The notes under the pieces are model-generated. The model did no database searches. It saw only the letters and a program-made list of their open reading frames with translations, and was not told the DNA's origin. A stretch of DNA of 63,453 bases, the filler included, from Sphacelaria rigidula (taxonomy: Eukaryota): NCBI GenBank assembly GCA_964200075.2. It is 9 parts of 9 records of this genome, joined end to end, with 100 filler letters (N's around TTAATTAATTAA, not from the genome) between each part and the next. Parts side by side here need not be neighbours in the genome. Positions count along the whole stretch, not along the records: positions 1 to 6,962 come from CAXNAA020017184.1; positions 7,063 to 14,024 come from CAXNAA020017185.1; 7 more parts are not named here. One strand, given 5' to 3'. Numbering within the stretch: position 1 is the first letter of the stretch; every line of letters starts with the position of its first letter. Below are positions 1 to 12,096 of the stretch, piece by piece. A program made the position numbers and the translations under genes.

Positions 1-66
1 CGTACTCATTTGTTACTTGCCTTAGTCGTTTGACCATTGACCACACATCCCTTTCGAGACGGAGCA
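1..66 (-). mobile_element. 3'-end fragment of LINE family A
   Basis: cgtactcatttgttacttgccttagtcgtttgaccattgaccacacatccctttcgagacggagc matches the terminus of the LINE at 2101-2166. A (GGGGT)n run follows at 71-90. Confidence 0.85.
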
Positions 67-540
67 TCGTGGGGTGGGGTGGGGTGGGGGTCTACGCTGA
101 CCAAGAGAGTTGCTTATTTCGTTTGTGATAATGTCAAGGAAAAAGGTTGCAAACGACTGTTTTCGCAAAACCGCAAAAAATACAAATGGCGCCAAAACTG
201 ACACTTTGAGCCCGAAAAACGGCCCAAAGCGTTTCCATATACTGGTGACGTGCTCGACCAGTACAGAACCAAAACCACTCACACATCGGACCTTGTACTG
301 TGTTGTAGCGGAGACAGGTTATCTGCGGATGCCTCGCTTTCTCCCGCAGGTGTCTAAAAGCGATGCGGTATGTCCTGGATTGTTGGTCACCCGTTCGCAT
401 CTTAGTTGCATCTCAGGACCTTCTGGCACACTCAGACAACCATTGAAGCGTTTTACGCCGCCTCTTGATAAAACGAGCTGATCCTTCCGATCTGGGGCAT
501 GTGTTGCTTCTTGTTGGGGCTTCGGGAAATCGTCGTCTCT

Positions 541-761
541 GTTCAGACGTGCAGCCCAACCACGACACAGGATTCAATTTCGATTTCCGATTTTCGATTG
601 TCGATTTTTCGATTATTTACTTTTGCTGAAGGTGTCGTGTCTCACGGCGTGTCAATTTGCGTTCAGTATTGGCAGAAGGGTGGCCGCGTGCGTGTCAATT
701 TCGACCGAAAGGGTGTCATCGCTGACCCCCATATGTGGGTGTTTTCGGCGCACGTCTGACA
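541..761. mobile_element. Possible small MITE
   Basis: Inverted ends tcagacgtgc (543-552) and gcacgtctga (750-759) with further imperfect pairing, plus internal ttcgat repeats. No TSD established. Confidence 0.35.
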
Positions 762-2075
762 CGAATCGCACTGTTTCTTGCTGGATCCAGACACGATTTG
801 ACCGACGCAAAGCACGATGTGCTCAGCTGATCGGCAGCTACGGCTTGCGCGATGTGTCTCTTGTTCGCGGGTGCAGTGGGGCTCTCAGTACCATGTTTTG
901 TGCTGGATTCTGCGTCACACCTTGACATGTGCCTCTGTGGTTACTACGTTTATGTTTCCCTCCGAGCAAACAGAGTGGTGGTGTGCGCAAACGACTTGGA
1001 AAATCCCAGGAGTAACCCTCGAAATCTGTTAGCGCAAATAGATAATTATTTTCGGTCTTCTTGGCGGATGGTGGTGCACCTAGCCATCACAGGTGAACAT
1101 GTTTCGAGCGAACAGATTTCCCAGGGATGTACGTTACCCATGACCGGTAATCAGCAGTCGGTTACAAAACCCACGATAACATGCCGCAGGCCAGGCACTG
1201 ATTTTCTAGCATTTATCTGGTCAACTTCCAATAGCATATATCACCTGCACTATCATTTGACACGATGCGTACCTACTGAAGTGGACGGCGAAGTAAGAGG
1301 AGAGAGATAGGGGAGAGAGGGGAGAGAGGGGAGGAAACACGAACATCAGGCCCGACCTTTCTTCGCCCGACATCACGACTCTGTGGAGTCAGATGGGTAC
1401 TTCGCTAGCGGAGATAATGGCGTCGGCTGGAATGATTTCGATGATGACATCTTTCTTGGGAGTCAGAGGCGTTTGATTCGTGTATCATTGTTTTAATGTT
1501 AGCCCGTTTTAGATTAATGACGGTTAAGGGAGATAAATCATGGCGCTCGAAGTCTTTTTTTTTCCGGTACATAAACTTGATGTGGATCGCCAAGTCAGGA
1601 GACGGGCTGGATTTTACTCGTTCCGTTACATTCACTTGACATGATCCTGCGAAAAAATATCAAGAAGAGCTGCACGCAAGATATCAATCTTGATTTTATT
1701 TCGGTCTTGTCCCATGCCAATGCGGAAAGACACGAGAGGTGCATTGCACGCTGCTCGGGCCTTATCACTCAAAGCTCAAACCTACACATGGGTCAGCTAG
1801 TTACACAGTCGCACTCTTCCACCATACAAGCTACATCTGCACAACGATCATCAATCGAGAGACATGCATTAATAAACATACATGTCAACGGTAAGCAAGA
1901 AGCTTCCGTTGTCAGCCCTTCTTCTGTTCTTCGGGGGGGGGGGGGGGGGGGGAGGTCATTCTTTTTTTTCTTTTTCTGGTTGGTGTGCGGCTACCCCCCC
2001 CTCTCTTTGGACTGGCNNNNNNNNNNGTCAATGCCTGGGAGTGGTCGCTTTCTGCTTCGGTGTTTTCGTTGTTGC

Positions 2076-5000
2076 GGGGGGGGGGGGGGGGGCCGGTGTC
2101 CGTACTCATTTGTTACTTGTCCTAGTCGTTTGACCATTGACCCCGCATCCCTTTCGAGACGAAGCACCGTTCCTACTCCTAATAGAGACACCTCCAACAT
2201 TTGGGTGCTCAGTACGCTTCTCCCGTACATTACACAAAAACCTTCTATATATCTTATCCCCGTCCTGTTTTGCCGTCTGTGGCCACCATTTATCTCCTAG
2301 TGTAGCCATCGTTTTTTCCCTACTGTCCAATGCATCAAACGATTTCATGCCATCTTCGTTTACGTCCCGCATTTCCCCCTCTACCACGTCCTGTTCCTCC
2401 TAGTGTAGTTCACATTTTGCCACTATATGACTTCTGCTCCTTATCACTTTGCCACAGGGACAGCTCTGTGCATCTTCCTCCTCCTCCTCTCGACGACTGG
2501 TATACGCCATTCTTCTTTCAGGCAGGTCTCGGTCCCCCACCCTAAATTTCAGTTTCATATTTTTCGCAGTGTCCATTGGGCCATGCAAATATGCTTTCAT
2601 CCCTATCCTTTCTCTCAACACCCCGTATATCTTCAGGTGTTCTTCCTCGTCTGCTTCGAGTCTGAGCGCTCCTTTTTCCTTTATTTCGATCATATTTCTT
2701 ACTCTTGTCTTGTACCCCACGCCTTCATCTAGGGACAGTATTTCATCTTGGCTTCCTCCTATCTCCTTCCATGCTTTCTCTACTTCTCTATCCCACCTTA
2801 TTCCAGCCTCCCCTTTCGTACTTTCTTCCATCAAGCCCTATCAACTATAGCTGGCAATTTCCTTCCCTGCATGTTTTTTACGCTGTATTTCCACCTCAAT
2901 TTCCTCATGTATGTTTCTTTTAAGTGAGTAGTGTCTCCAACTCTGCTCTCAATGCTGTATTACTCGTCGTTTTCGAGCATCCAAGTACTTTTTAAGCTGA
3001 TGCCAACTGTATTGTTCGTAACTTCTTCACCAACTTCACGTTCCACCCCCACACTTCTCCTGCATATTCCAGCTTTGATACGATCACGTTCATCAGGATA
3101 TATCTCTTGATCCTAGTGTCTAGGCGCGGGTCTCTGAGGATCACGTCTATCCTTCCTACTTGTGCCTTACCCTTTTCTGTTACTTTATTCATGTGTGCAT
3201 CCGAAGAACAGTTTTTTGAGATCTCTACACCAAGATATGTATACTATCTACGATCGGCAGTTCCTCTTCTACCCACTTCCACTTGAACTCTACCGGATTT
3301 TTTCTCATCTTCGTTATAGACGAGTACCGCGCAATTGTTAACATTCGCTGTTATTCTCCACTCCCTAGTGCGTTTTAGAGCCTTTTCTATTTGTTTTTGT
3401 GACACTTCTGCTATTCCTCAAATCCCAACAAAATCATTTGCGAACATCAAACTTGGTATCACATCTTCACCCACCTCGACTCCTTGCTTTGCTGCTTCTA
3501 TCGCTGATTACTATTATTATTTAGGTGATATCAGGTCATTAATAAATATCTTGAACAAAGTGGGTGATAACGTACATCCTTGTGTAAAATATCGAAATAT
3601 TTCGATATCTCCCCGTCTAGCATAATGGCACTTTTGGCACATTCTGTCTTCTTCACCATTCTCTACATCTTTCGTCTGATCCCAGGTTCGCACAACTTTT
3701 TCCACGACCTATTTCTCTATACTGTGTCATAAGCCTTTTGCACGTCCAAACATAATCAGTACGTTGTCAGCCCGGTGTCTTTCCTACCTTGAATAATCTT
3801 ACCTAGTGTGTACACATGATCTACGCAACTACGGTCTGGTCTGAAACCTGCTTGTCCCTCGCTGATTTTTCGTCATTTTCTAGCATCGTTCCTACTCCAT
3901 CATTCAGAATCTTACGGAACGGTTTCTCTACCGTGCTCAGTAGCGTCATCCCTCTATAATTCCCTGGGTCAGCCTTGTCTTCTTTTTTGAAAAGGTTGAC
4001 GACTCCTCCTTCTCTCCACCTCTTGGGCTTGTACTCGTTTTCCCAGATCCAGTTGTACGGCATAACCATCATGGTAATCATTCCTCCCCTCCCGTACTTC
4101 AGAAATCTACTCACTATTCCGTCTGCCCCTTCTGCCTTCCTGTTCTTGAGTCTAGCTACGCACTTCTTTACTTCGTCTCTGGTAAATTCTCTCTGCAATT
4201 CTTTCGAGCCACTATCCTCCCGTTTTGACGTCTCTACATTTGCTTCTGCCCACTCGGTGATCTCTTTCTCGAAATCCTTGTCGAACTTCGTGTTAGTTTT
4301 TGGTGTTTCTAGTTAACGGTAATGCTTGACTGGCACTTCTCTCTTTCCCTTCAAACTACAGTGTTATTCCTTTTCGATAATATAAAGGCGGTGTGTGCCG
4401 CAGAATATGTACCTTCTAGTAGATACTGTCATATTCCGAGGTTTCAATTGTCTGAGCCCAAGACTGGACATCGTCACGGGAAGAGGGGTGGGTATTTCCA
4501 GCATCAAGAGCTCGCCTCACGGGCAGATTGCGTATGTGGAGGAAGCTGCATCACTTACGAGGTATGTAACAGCATAGATTACAAGCGATTTCTACTGAAA
4601 AATCGTGCCGTCCTGATAGTACACGACGAAGTTCGTGGAGGGTTATGTACATGCGGGCCCCACCTCGTGCGCACTGGTCTGAATACATATGATACAGGAC
4701 AGTACAGTACAGCACATCCACCAACAGATTTCAGTACTGTGCGCAGTACACTTTCTTTGAAGCTGAACAGAAATATCTTCTCTACCGTTGTACATGTCCA
4801 CATATAAAGTTGGGCAGTGAGACCGTGGCTTGTCGCCAAAACATGGCCGAAGTGGAAGTGACGCAATCACCGAAATATTCACGTGCAAAGCCAATGCGGA
4901 GATAATTTAAGTTGACAAGGCTAGAAGAATACCAGTGCAACGCCCAATCTGCCTGCCAGCCTGTTTGCACGGCTGTCCTGGTAGTGGTGGGGCTGTCTGT

Positions 5001-6560
5001 ACCGGGATATCGCCTCCAGTATCAGGTACGCCGGCAAGGGCCCGTCGCGCTACCCACTGGTCGCGCGACAGGAAGTTAACCTTCGACTGTCGACCGTTTT
5101 GGAGCGGAAACGTTCGCCTCCCAACCCTCATATATATAACGGACCATAAACGATGTTTGTTTGCTGGGTTTCTTCGAGCGTTAATCCATAACTGGGCGAA
5201 GGTTGATGACGAGATCGGCAGGATCCATGCATAGTCAGCGTGCTCAACTGCCACTGTACCCACTATAATCGTCATCAGACAGCAGGGTGTTGAAAAAACA
5301 AAAATCGGCGCGCGGTGATTATTCACCATATCGATGCAGACGGGGCCATGAGCGACTTTCCCTGCCGCAGCTGTGACTGTGACACCTTCCTCTAATACCA
5401 ATGTACACGTTCTCCAAGTTTCGGCGTCATCTGAAACGAGGTGCGGATTCTCTTCACGCCTAAGTTCCCAAAACACCGCCTTCATATTGTCGAAAATGAA
5501 TAACCCTGACTACTGACCATTTTACCGTTCTGTGCCCGTAGTGCGGCTATCCCGTTGTTTATCTTTCTCGCCTGTATCCAATAATCTCTTTTATCCCTAC
5601 CCACATTTGTTACATCCCGCCATCGAAATTTTCATTTGTTTTATTTACTACATCTTTCCATACGCCCTTGTTTTTCTTATGTACCGTCGTTTCCACTTTC
5701 TTTCGATCTTTAGTATACTCATCCCATCCCACCGTACTTTTGCTCGATATCCATCTCGCCTGGGACTCTCTTCTTACTCTTACAGCCTCTTTTACTTCGT
5801 CATCTCACTGTTGTACTGTGCATACGATCAGTTCCTTCCCTATGACCTTACCCGCTGTGTTCTTGACCAGCTGCTCTGATCCTTCTACAATCTTCTTTCG
5901 GTATCAACTGTTCCCACGCGTTCCAACAGCTCGGAAAACTTCACTGCATTTTTGGTCATCTCTTTTTGGAACTCTTCTGTTTTTTTTCCATATCTAGCTC
6001 ATAGATTCTCCATTTATACAACTTCCTACCCCGCGTATTTCTTTTAGCTCTCATCTGTCGGCTTTCTGTCTATACTAGGCAGTGATCTGTAATTCCCACG
6101 TCCTCCGGGCATACATGTACTTCCATTTCTTCACTATTTTCATGCTCCACCACTATAAAGTCAAGAACGAAGCATTCTCTCTCGTCTTTGCGGTTTCCAA
6201 TCCATGTCCACTGCGCCTCTGGCTTTAGTACTCTATCGTTCAGCGTCTTCATCTCGGTATTCTCAAGGACCTTGAGCGTTTTCCACCCCATTCGTGTTCT
6301 TATCTTCCCCGTATTGCCCGATGATATCATCCGGTTGGCCTGCTTTTCCTATCCTTGCATTACATTCCCCCACCAACATTACTTCTCGTTGCCTTTTACA
6401 CTCATGTACATCTGCTGCTATTTCTTCAAACCTACGCTGAGTGTCGTTCACCCTATTCTTCGATTCTGGGGGCATATAGATGTTCCCCACGAATAAATCC
6501 TTGGTTTCCCGCTCTCCTGGTACCCTTATCCATATGCTCTCGTCGGATTTCTATACTGTC
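2076..6560 (-). mobile_element. Decayed non-LTR retrotransposon (LINE family A; APE endonuclease + RT + C-terminal CCHC, RTEX/CR1-like), 5'-truncated, interrupted by a DNA transposon
   Basis: APE motifs VGECNARIG, QWTW, LDFIVV, TDHCLV (6070-6490). RT motifs KNRKAEGADGI and FKKEDKADPGNYRGMTLLS (3821-4198), QGCTLSPTLFKIFINDL (3517-3705), LMFAND (degenerate YADD, 3421-3450) and YLGV (~3230). C-terminal CPCG..SHIVAKC (2400-2470). ORF ends GCGVNGQTTRTSNK* at 2106, then a G17 tract on the + strand (2076-2092). Multiple frameshifts and stops. Confidence 0.93.
4359..5508. mobile_element. Non-autonomous TIR DNA transposon (1150 bp, ~36-bp TIRs, 4-bp TSD ACTA; possibly Academ-like) nested in the LINE
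   Basis: Left end cagtgttattccttttcgataatataaaggcggtgt versus right-end reverse complement cagggttattcattttcgacaatatgaaggcggtgt. ACTA at 4355-4358 and 5509-5512. Removing it restores the LINE frame ...KMVSSLKGKREV... Confidence 0.85.
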
Positions 6561-6565
6561 ACACA

Positions 6566-6915
6566 GGGGGGGGAGGGGGGGGGGCTACTAGCATCCTCGT
6601 GGGGTGTGTGTGATCATGATATTGCATGCCATAGTCACAAGACCATCGACCTCGCATCCCTACACAGCCGGGACGGAGCACACCGGGTTTCCGTCGGGCC
6701 AGGCTCGCAATCATCACCAAGCGCGAAGCGCCGTGATGTGGTCGGCGAGTCGCACGAAGGATGAGCCGCACCATGCTCAGATTGTTCGGTCCGAAGCGTA
6801 CCGAGTATCTTAAATATGCATGATAGCCTACAATGAGTTGCTTCATTTTCTGGTATTGCCACTTCCAATGACCGCCACTGGTTCTGCACTGCCTCATGAA
6901 TGTCTCACCATACAC
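6566..6915 (-). mobile_element. 5'-truncated LINE family B copy (ORF2 C-terminus + C-rich tail)
   Basis: Terminus tcatgatattgcatgccatagtcacaagaccatcgacctcgcatccctacacagccgggacggagc is shared with 6938-6962, 13957-14024 and 56054-56112. Body 6760-6910 is homologous to 56493-56640. It shares gacca.(t/c)gacc.cgcatccct...gacggagc with family A. Confidence 0.7.
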
Positions 6916-6917
6916 CG

Positions 6918-6962
6918 TGGGGTGGGATGGGGGTGGGGTGTACTCATGATCATGCATGCCAT
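6918..6962 (-). mobile_element. LINE family B 3' end at contig break
   Basis: G-rich run followed by gtgtactcatgatcatgcatgccat. Confidence 0.7.
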
Positions 6963-7062
6963 NNNNNNNNNNNNNNNNNNNNNNNNNNNNNNNNNNNNNN
7001 NNNNNNTTAATTAATTAANNNNNNNNNNNNNNNNNNNNNNNNNNNNNNNNNNNNNNNNNNNN
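6963..7062. other. Artificial contig linker (N-TTAATTAATTAA-N, 100 nt); identical linkers at 14025-14124, 21087-21186, 28149-28248, 35210-35309, 42271-42370, 49332-49431, 56393-56492
   Basis: The same all-frame-stop spacer recurs every ~7061 nt. Intervening segments are 6962,6962,6962,6962,6961,6961,6961,6961,6961 nt, i.e. length-sorted unplaced contigs. Confidence 0.98.
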
Positions 7063-7469
7063 GGGAGAGATGGGTTGACCCCTTGAGACCACTGACTCAT
7101 CCCGAGGAAGGGGAGGGGTTCAAAGTGTTGGGGGAAAAAAAGAAGTAGATCCCATATATTTGGGCTCCTACAAAAAGAGACCCAGAAACAAGTGCAACCC
7201 CTATTGTAGCATTGCTTATTTCCAAAGTATTAAGGCCTTTGTCGTTGGCCCTTCCCATTTCAGTCCCCTCACCTGCTGCTGCAGTTCGGACGTACACCGC
7301 ACATACTGCACAGTGGTTCTATCCGATAGATGCCACGCCACAACACCGCCAGCTCTATACGTCGGATATAACCATCAATGCAAGTGATTACATTGGCCGA
7401 TCATCAAAACTTAGGATGGAGCTGTCTTCACTGAAGATGTATGGATGGTAACCTGAAAAAAATGAAATG

Positions 7470-7685
7470 CTCATTTCTTCATGTGCTTTGCTTGTGTTGA
7501 CTTTTTGTTACTCTTTTTTTGTCACGACTTAGTCTGCTATGTCGTTCTGTTCGTTTATTTTTTCCCCTTGTTACTTCTTTTCTTCAGAGCGTGTTTCAGT
7601 TTCGTTTTCCTTGGGTACGTCTGTCATGAGGCCGGCTGGACCCCTGGGGGGTCAGTTGAAGTGCGACAATCAATCAGAATCGATC
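7470..7685 (+). mobile_element. Retroposon 3' end with (CAAT)n tail; homolog at 55112-55320 (-)
   Basis: Shared blocks gcttgtgttgac, ttgtcacgac, atgtcgttctgttcg, gtacgtct(g/a)tcatgag and tcagtt..agtgc..ca(a/g)tcaatca between the two contigs. Confidence 0.65.
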
Positions 7686-7716
7686 AGTTCGTATCCACAA
7701 CAATCTTCGAAATAAG

Positions 7717-10467
7717 CAGGGGTCTACACGTTAAACGTGCCACAGCTTTACACGTTGCGTTCACGTTACATTTTGGCCGAAACGTAACGTGAATGTTGAG
7801 GATTTTTAACGTGATGAACGTAACGTGAACGTAACGTTAAAATTTCGAATGAAACGTCAATGTAACATTAATTGTTTTTAACGCGACATCAGTAACGTAA
7901 CGTGAACGTTTGAATGCCCAAACGTTCTAATCACGTAATATGAAACATTTCATGTAACGTGTAACGCCCATTGCACGTAACCCGTGCATGAGACGTCACA
8001 CGTTACACGTAACGTTATATTTTACGTTACACGATACCTGAAACGTCATAAACACGTCACATGCAGTGGTGAAACTTCAAGTTTGCAATGAATTTACAAA
8101 TCCTGGAAGATGGTGCTTCAACAAACACGAGTGAGTTTGAATGACCGTGGTATAGGTATGACACTATTGCAGAACTTTTGCGCTCTCCCCACCACACGTC
8201 ACAATCATAACATCATAGCCATCTCGACCACATCCAACGCTACTTCTTATGGGGGCCCCTTCCGGAACGGCCCCTTTAGGCTAAATGTTCCTATCGCGAT
8301 AGGGAGATTTGGCTCGGATAGCAACGCGATAGCATCGCGATAGAATCGCGATAGAGAGAAATTATATTTTTTTATCGCGATACTATCTGCCACACGATCA
8401 CACAGTGTCTTGCGACGACCACTGGCGACATTAAACATTTTTACGAAGGAATATGTAGGACCAGAAAATTTACCTTAATTTGATTTTTTCTGGTCGTAAA
8501 CGATGCTATCGCGATAGCATCGCGATGGAGAGGAATGGCTTTTTTTCTATCGCGATACTATCGCGATACCACTTTCAGGGTCAAATAGGCCTGAATGGAC
8601 AGTTCCAGAATACGTGCTATACTGTTCTTATGTATAAAAAAAGACGTTATCAGAAAAACCGTTTCTCAACGGTGCGATTTTCCACATAATTTTTCAACGC
8701 AGCCTTTCTCACGTAATCGACGCGCTGTCAAAATTGGAAACGCAGTGCTCATCGTTTTCTATGAGGCGTGTAGGCATAATTTCGAATTCTGGGGCGCGCG
8801 AGACAGACGCAGCACTCTGCTGTCGTGTCGTGGTGTATGGTTCGTATTGACTGTAATATTGTGATTCATTACCTGCGCAATACATGGTGGGCTGCGTGAC
8901 GCAAGACTATCGATATGAACACCGCCTTGCTGTACTGATAACTGACTGTAGAAGTGACGGTTGTGCTTTTCATTGCACGGTAGTACTTGACTAAAAGGAA
9001 AGCACAGACAAGTGTACACACAACAGTACTGTATAGTATGCATTGGCTGTAAACGTTTTCGTGAGATTGAGAGTAGAGCGCTGATTGGGAGTGGCTTTGT
9101 TCATTCGCTTCAACTTAGCCGATTATTCATTCCGTCTGCGCTTTTTCTCCCCTCCATCACGGGCGTGTGCTTAAAGCTACACGTCGATATCCTACTCAAG
9201 GATATCAAGGGCCTCAGTGGCAAGTTACTACAGAAAGGATATTGGGCCTCGTGGAGGGGCATTTCGGGACTGAAACCGGTACTTCACTAATAGACCGCTT
9301 TTCACTCTCAATCGTATCCTCTACTCTCATCCTCACGAAAACCTTGTTTGTAGTGATGGCTTGGCTGGCATCATCACTGCTGTCGCTGCTGCTCGCGGGC
9401 AGTCAGCGAATTGCTTTATTGCCCTTCGCTCGCCGGTAGCGAAATGGCCCTTACCGCTTACCCCCACGAGAACAAAACAGGGCAGGGTTTGTGACGAGTG
9501 CCGTCCGACACTCTATATGCAGGTTGCACAGTAATGTAGCTCAGTTCAGGTCTGTGCATGCAGCGTGTTGGAAATAGCACTCGAATACAGTACAGACTGC
9601 CCAAGCACCCAAGCCCTGTAGACACTACAGCAGTAGCCCCATTGCTTATACTGTGGTCTTGTGTGTACGGTCAGTGCGGTCCTGTCTCTACAAGACTTGG
9701 GTGCGTGGGCAGTCTGTACTGCATCCAGTGCTGTTCGCATCACGCTGCGTGCACAGACCTGAAATGCGAGCTACAATACTGTCTGTGCAAACTACACACA
9801 GAGTGTACAGCAGCACTCGTCATCGACCCTGCCCTGTGTTTTTCTCATGGGGTGAAGAGCTACCGTGATACTGGCGAGCGGATGGCAATGAAGCAAGACG
9901 TTGACTACCCGCGAGCACCAGCGACAGCAGTGGTGATGGCAGCCAAGCCACCCATGGCTGCTATCGTGGGCTGGAGTGTGTGTTGGCGTGCGGCGGGATT
10001 TCAAACGCGTTTTCTAATCACATGAGAAGTCGGTTTTTATCAGAAGACTCGTTTTGTTTTCTAGAGTTCTTTTTATACATGATAACTAGACGACGGGTCA
10101 CCGTCACCGTCACGTACATGGTTACATCAGGCGTTGAACGACACGTTACAAAGCCTTCAACACTAGTGAATGATCCGCGACATGCACAGAATGAAACGTT
10201 ACATTCGAACGTTACACGTGTCAACGTAACGTTATATTAGACGTTACACGTGACATTGAAACGTTTCATATTACATGTAACGAAACGTAACGTGAACTTT
10301 GTTTCACGTCATGAACGGGACGTGAACGTAACGTTAAATTTTCATATGGAACGTTAACGTAACGCTCAAATTTACTTAACGTGACATACATAACGTAACG
10401 TGAACGCTAAATATCTTTTACATGATGAACATAGCGTGAACGTGAACGTGTAACGTGTAGACCCCTG
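7717..10467. mobile_element. hAT-type non-autonomous DNA transposon (2751 bp)
   Basis: TIR caggggtctacacgtt / aacgtgtagacccctg. Perfect 8-bp TSD GAAATAAG (7709-7716, 10468-10475). About 350-bp subterminal zones are packed with acgttac/gtaacgt motifs. Confidence 0.92.
8252..8617. mobile_element. MITE nested in the hAT element (possibly Harbinger-like)
   Basis: Imperfect TIR ttccggaacggcccctttaggcta versus rc ttctggaactgtccattcaggccta. Many internal tatcgcgata palindromes. Confidence 0.6.
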
Positions 10468-10659
10468 GAAATAAGGTTGCATTCCTTCACTTACCGGTAT
10501 AGCTGTTGAAAAGCACTAAACGCGACACAAATTTGGATTCCGACAACCGAAACTTTGGGTCCCTATTACAGGTGAAGAAATCAATCTGGGGAAGTTGAAT
10601 GATAAACAAGGATCAAACGATACCTCGCTAAGATACCGCGAGCTTCACAGTAAAAATAG

Positions 10660-10925
10660 CAAGGGTCGGAGGAACGAATGATTCGCCTGGATATTACTTG
10701 ATTTTAGTGTCATTGGTTCGTGCCGTACGAATCAATTCTTAGGCTTTGTGTTCAGAGTTGCAACCCAGGAACGCGCAGCCCAGGCACCTGGAATGGCGCA
10801 AAAGTTGTGTGGTGACCTTTTTGATCAGCGGTCAAGGTTCATATTTGTTTTGAGCAATCAGGCCTGAAAAATCGTGGATGCTTTGGTGATTCGAACCGGC
10901 GATGATTCGTCCGAACCGTGAAGTA
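10660..10925 (+). repeat. Dispersed repeat family; copies at 26000-26180 (-) and 52770-53045 (+)
   Basis: Shared blocks gttgcaacccagg..cgcagcccag, ggaatggcgca, gcaatcaggcc..gaaatcgtggat and gatgattcgtcc.aaccgtg in three contigs. Confidence 0.75.
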
Positions 10926-11197
10926 TACCCATGCACCAGTACTGCGAGTGGTTGAATACGGCCGTTCGGCATAATGGAACCATGCCCCTACCTCCATGTG
11001 CTTGCCCTCTCCACAAACCCTGACGGAAACGATTGCAGCGCACTCTTGTGCTTGAATAAGATGCCTATACTGTACGGTACTGTTGTTTTTCTTGGGACGG
11101 GATGCGTCTCGTGTACGGTGAAACCCTTACCACTGCTTGTGCAGCACAAGGCTGCCACCTCCGCACGCGGCCATTCGGTTACCCCCATAAAAATCCT

Positions 11198-11560
11198 CTA
11201 CCCCTCTCGAGGGTAAAGTGCCCTCTGGAGGGTATTCCATCCCAAGGTGCGGCGGTCATAAACGAATCCTCTGGAGGGTATTTGATGCTCCAGTGACTTC
11301 TGAGGTCTGAATTCCTCGAGAGTAACAAAAGAAATGGTGCTGTGGAGGGCCGCGCATCCTCCAAATTCCTCAGGAGGATGCGCGGCCCTCCAGAGGCAAA
11401 ATAAACCTCTGGAGGCGTTTGATCCCACCCCTGGCGCTCCGTCTCGAAAGGGATGCGTGGTCAATGGTCAAATGACTAAGGCAAGCAACAAATGAGTACG
11501 CCCCCCCCCCTCTGGAGGGCCGCGTACCCTCTGGAAGCGTTTAAATCCTCTGGAGGCTCG
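11198..11560. repeat. Cluster of CCTCTGGAGG(G) motifs interrupted by a short LINE-A 3' fragment
   Basis: About 8 copies of (c)ctctggaggg in both orientations. Confidence 0.55.
11432..11510 (+). mobile_element. 5'-truncated LINE family A copy with C10 tail
   Basis: gctccgtctcgaaagggatgcgtggtcaatggtcaaatgactaaggcaagcaacaaatgagtacg + cccccccccc, preceded by cccacccc. Confidence 0.85.
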
Positions 11561-11741
11561 AAGAGTTGACCGGAACAGAGTATTTTGGGGGGTAGCCGAA
11601 TGACCGCGTGTGTACAGGTAGTTGAATCATCTTTCAAAGTGGACTTTCGTACAAGAATTATCCCCGAGGGACGCCGATATAGTCATTATCCACAACGTAG
11701 ACGTACCCATGAACAAATCGGAAACGCTCGCTACAGAAAGA

Positions 11742-12096
11742 GAAACTTTTTTTTCGGGGCGGGAGGCTTTTCGTGATTTACACGAAGGCGGTCAACTCGT
11801 CCGAACGGCCGTCACCCCCCCTGAAAGCCCGTGATCTGATAGTAATATTGGTGCAAAAAAATTGAAAATCGATGTAGTCAGTGCAGAATTCTCAGGAAAA
11901 ACGTACCCAGAAAACGATTTGCTTTTTCCCGACACGTTCGGCCGGGTCTTACGGAAGGCGTCACCGGCTTCAAATCTGATCTCGCCAGAATTCTAGTCAG
12001 ATCACGGGCTTTCAGGGAGGGTTACTGCCGTTTCGGACGAGTCAACCGTCTTGGTGTAGTTCACGTAAAAAAAAACGCTCCGAAAAAAAATGTTCC
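11742..12096. mobile_element. Foldback/MITE with ~100-bp inverted arms
   Basis: actcgtccgaacgg..cccctgaaagcccgtgatctga (11795-11840) is inverted at 11995-12045, and pairing extends to the A/T-run ends. Confidence 0.75.
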
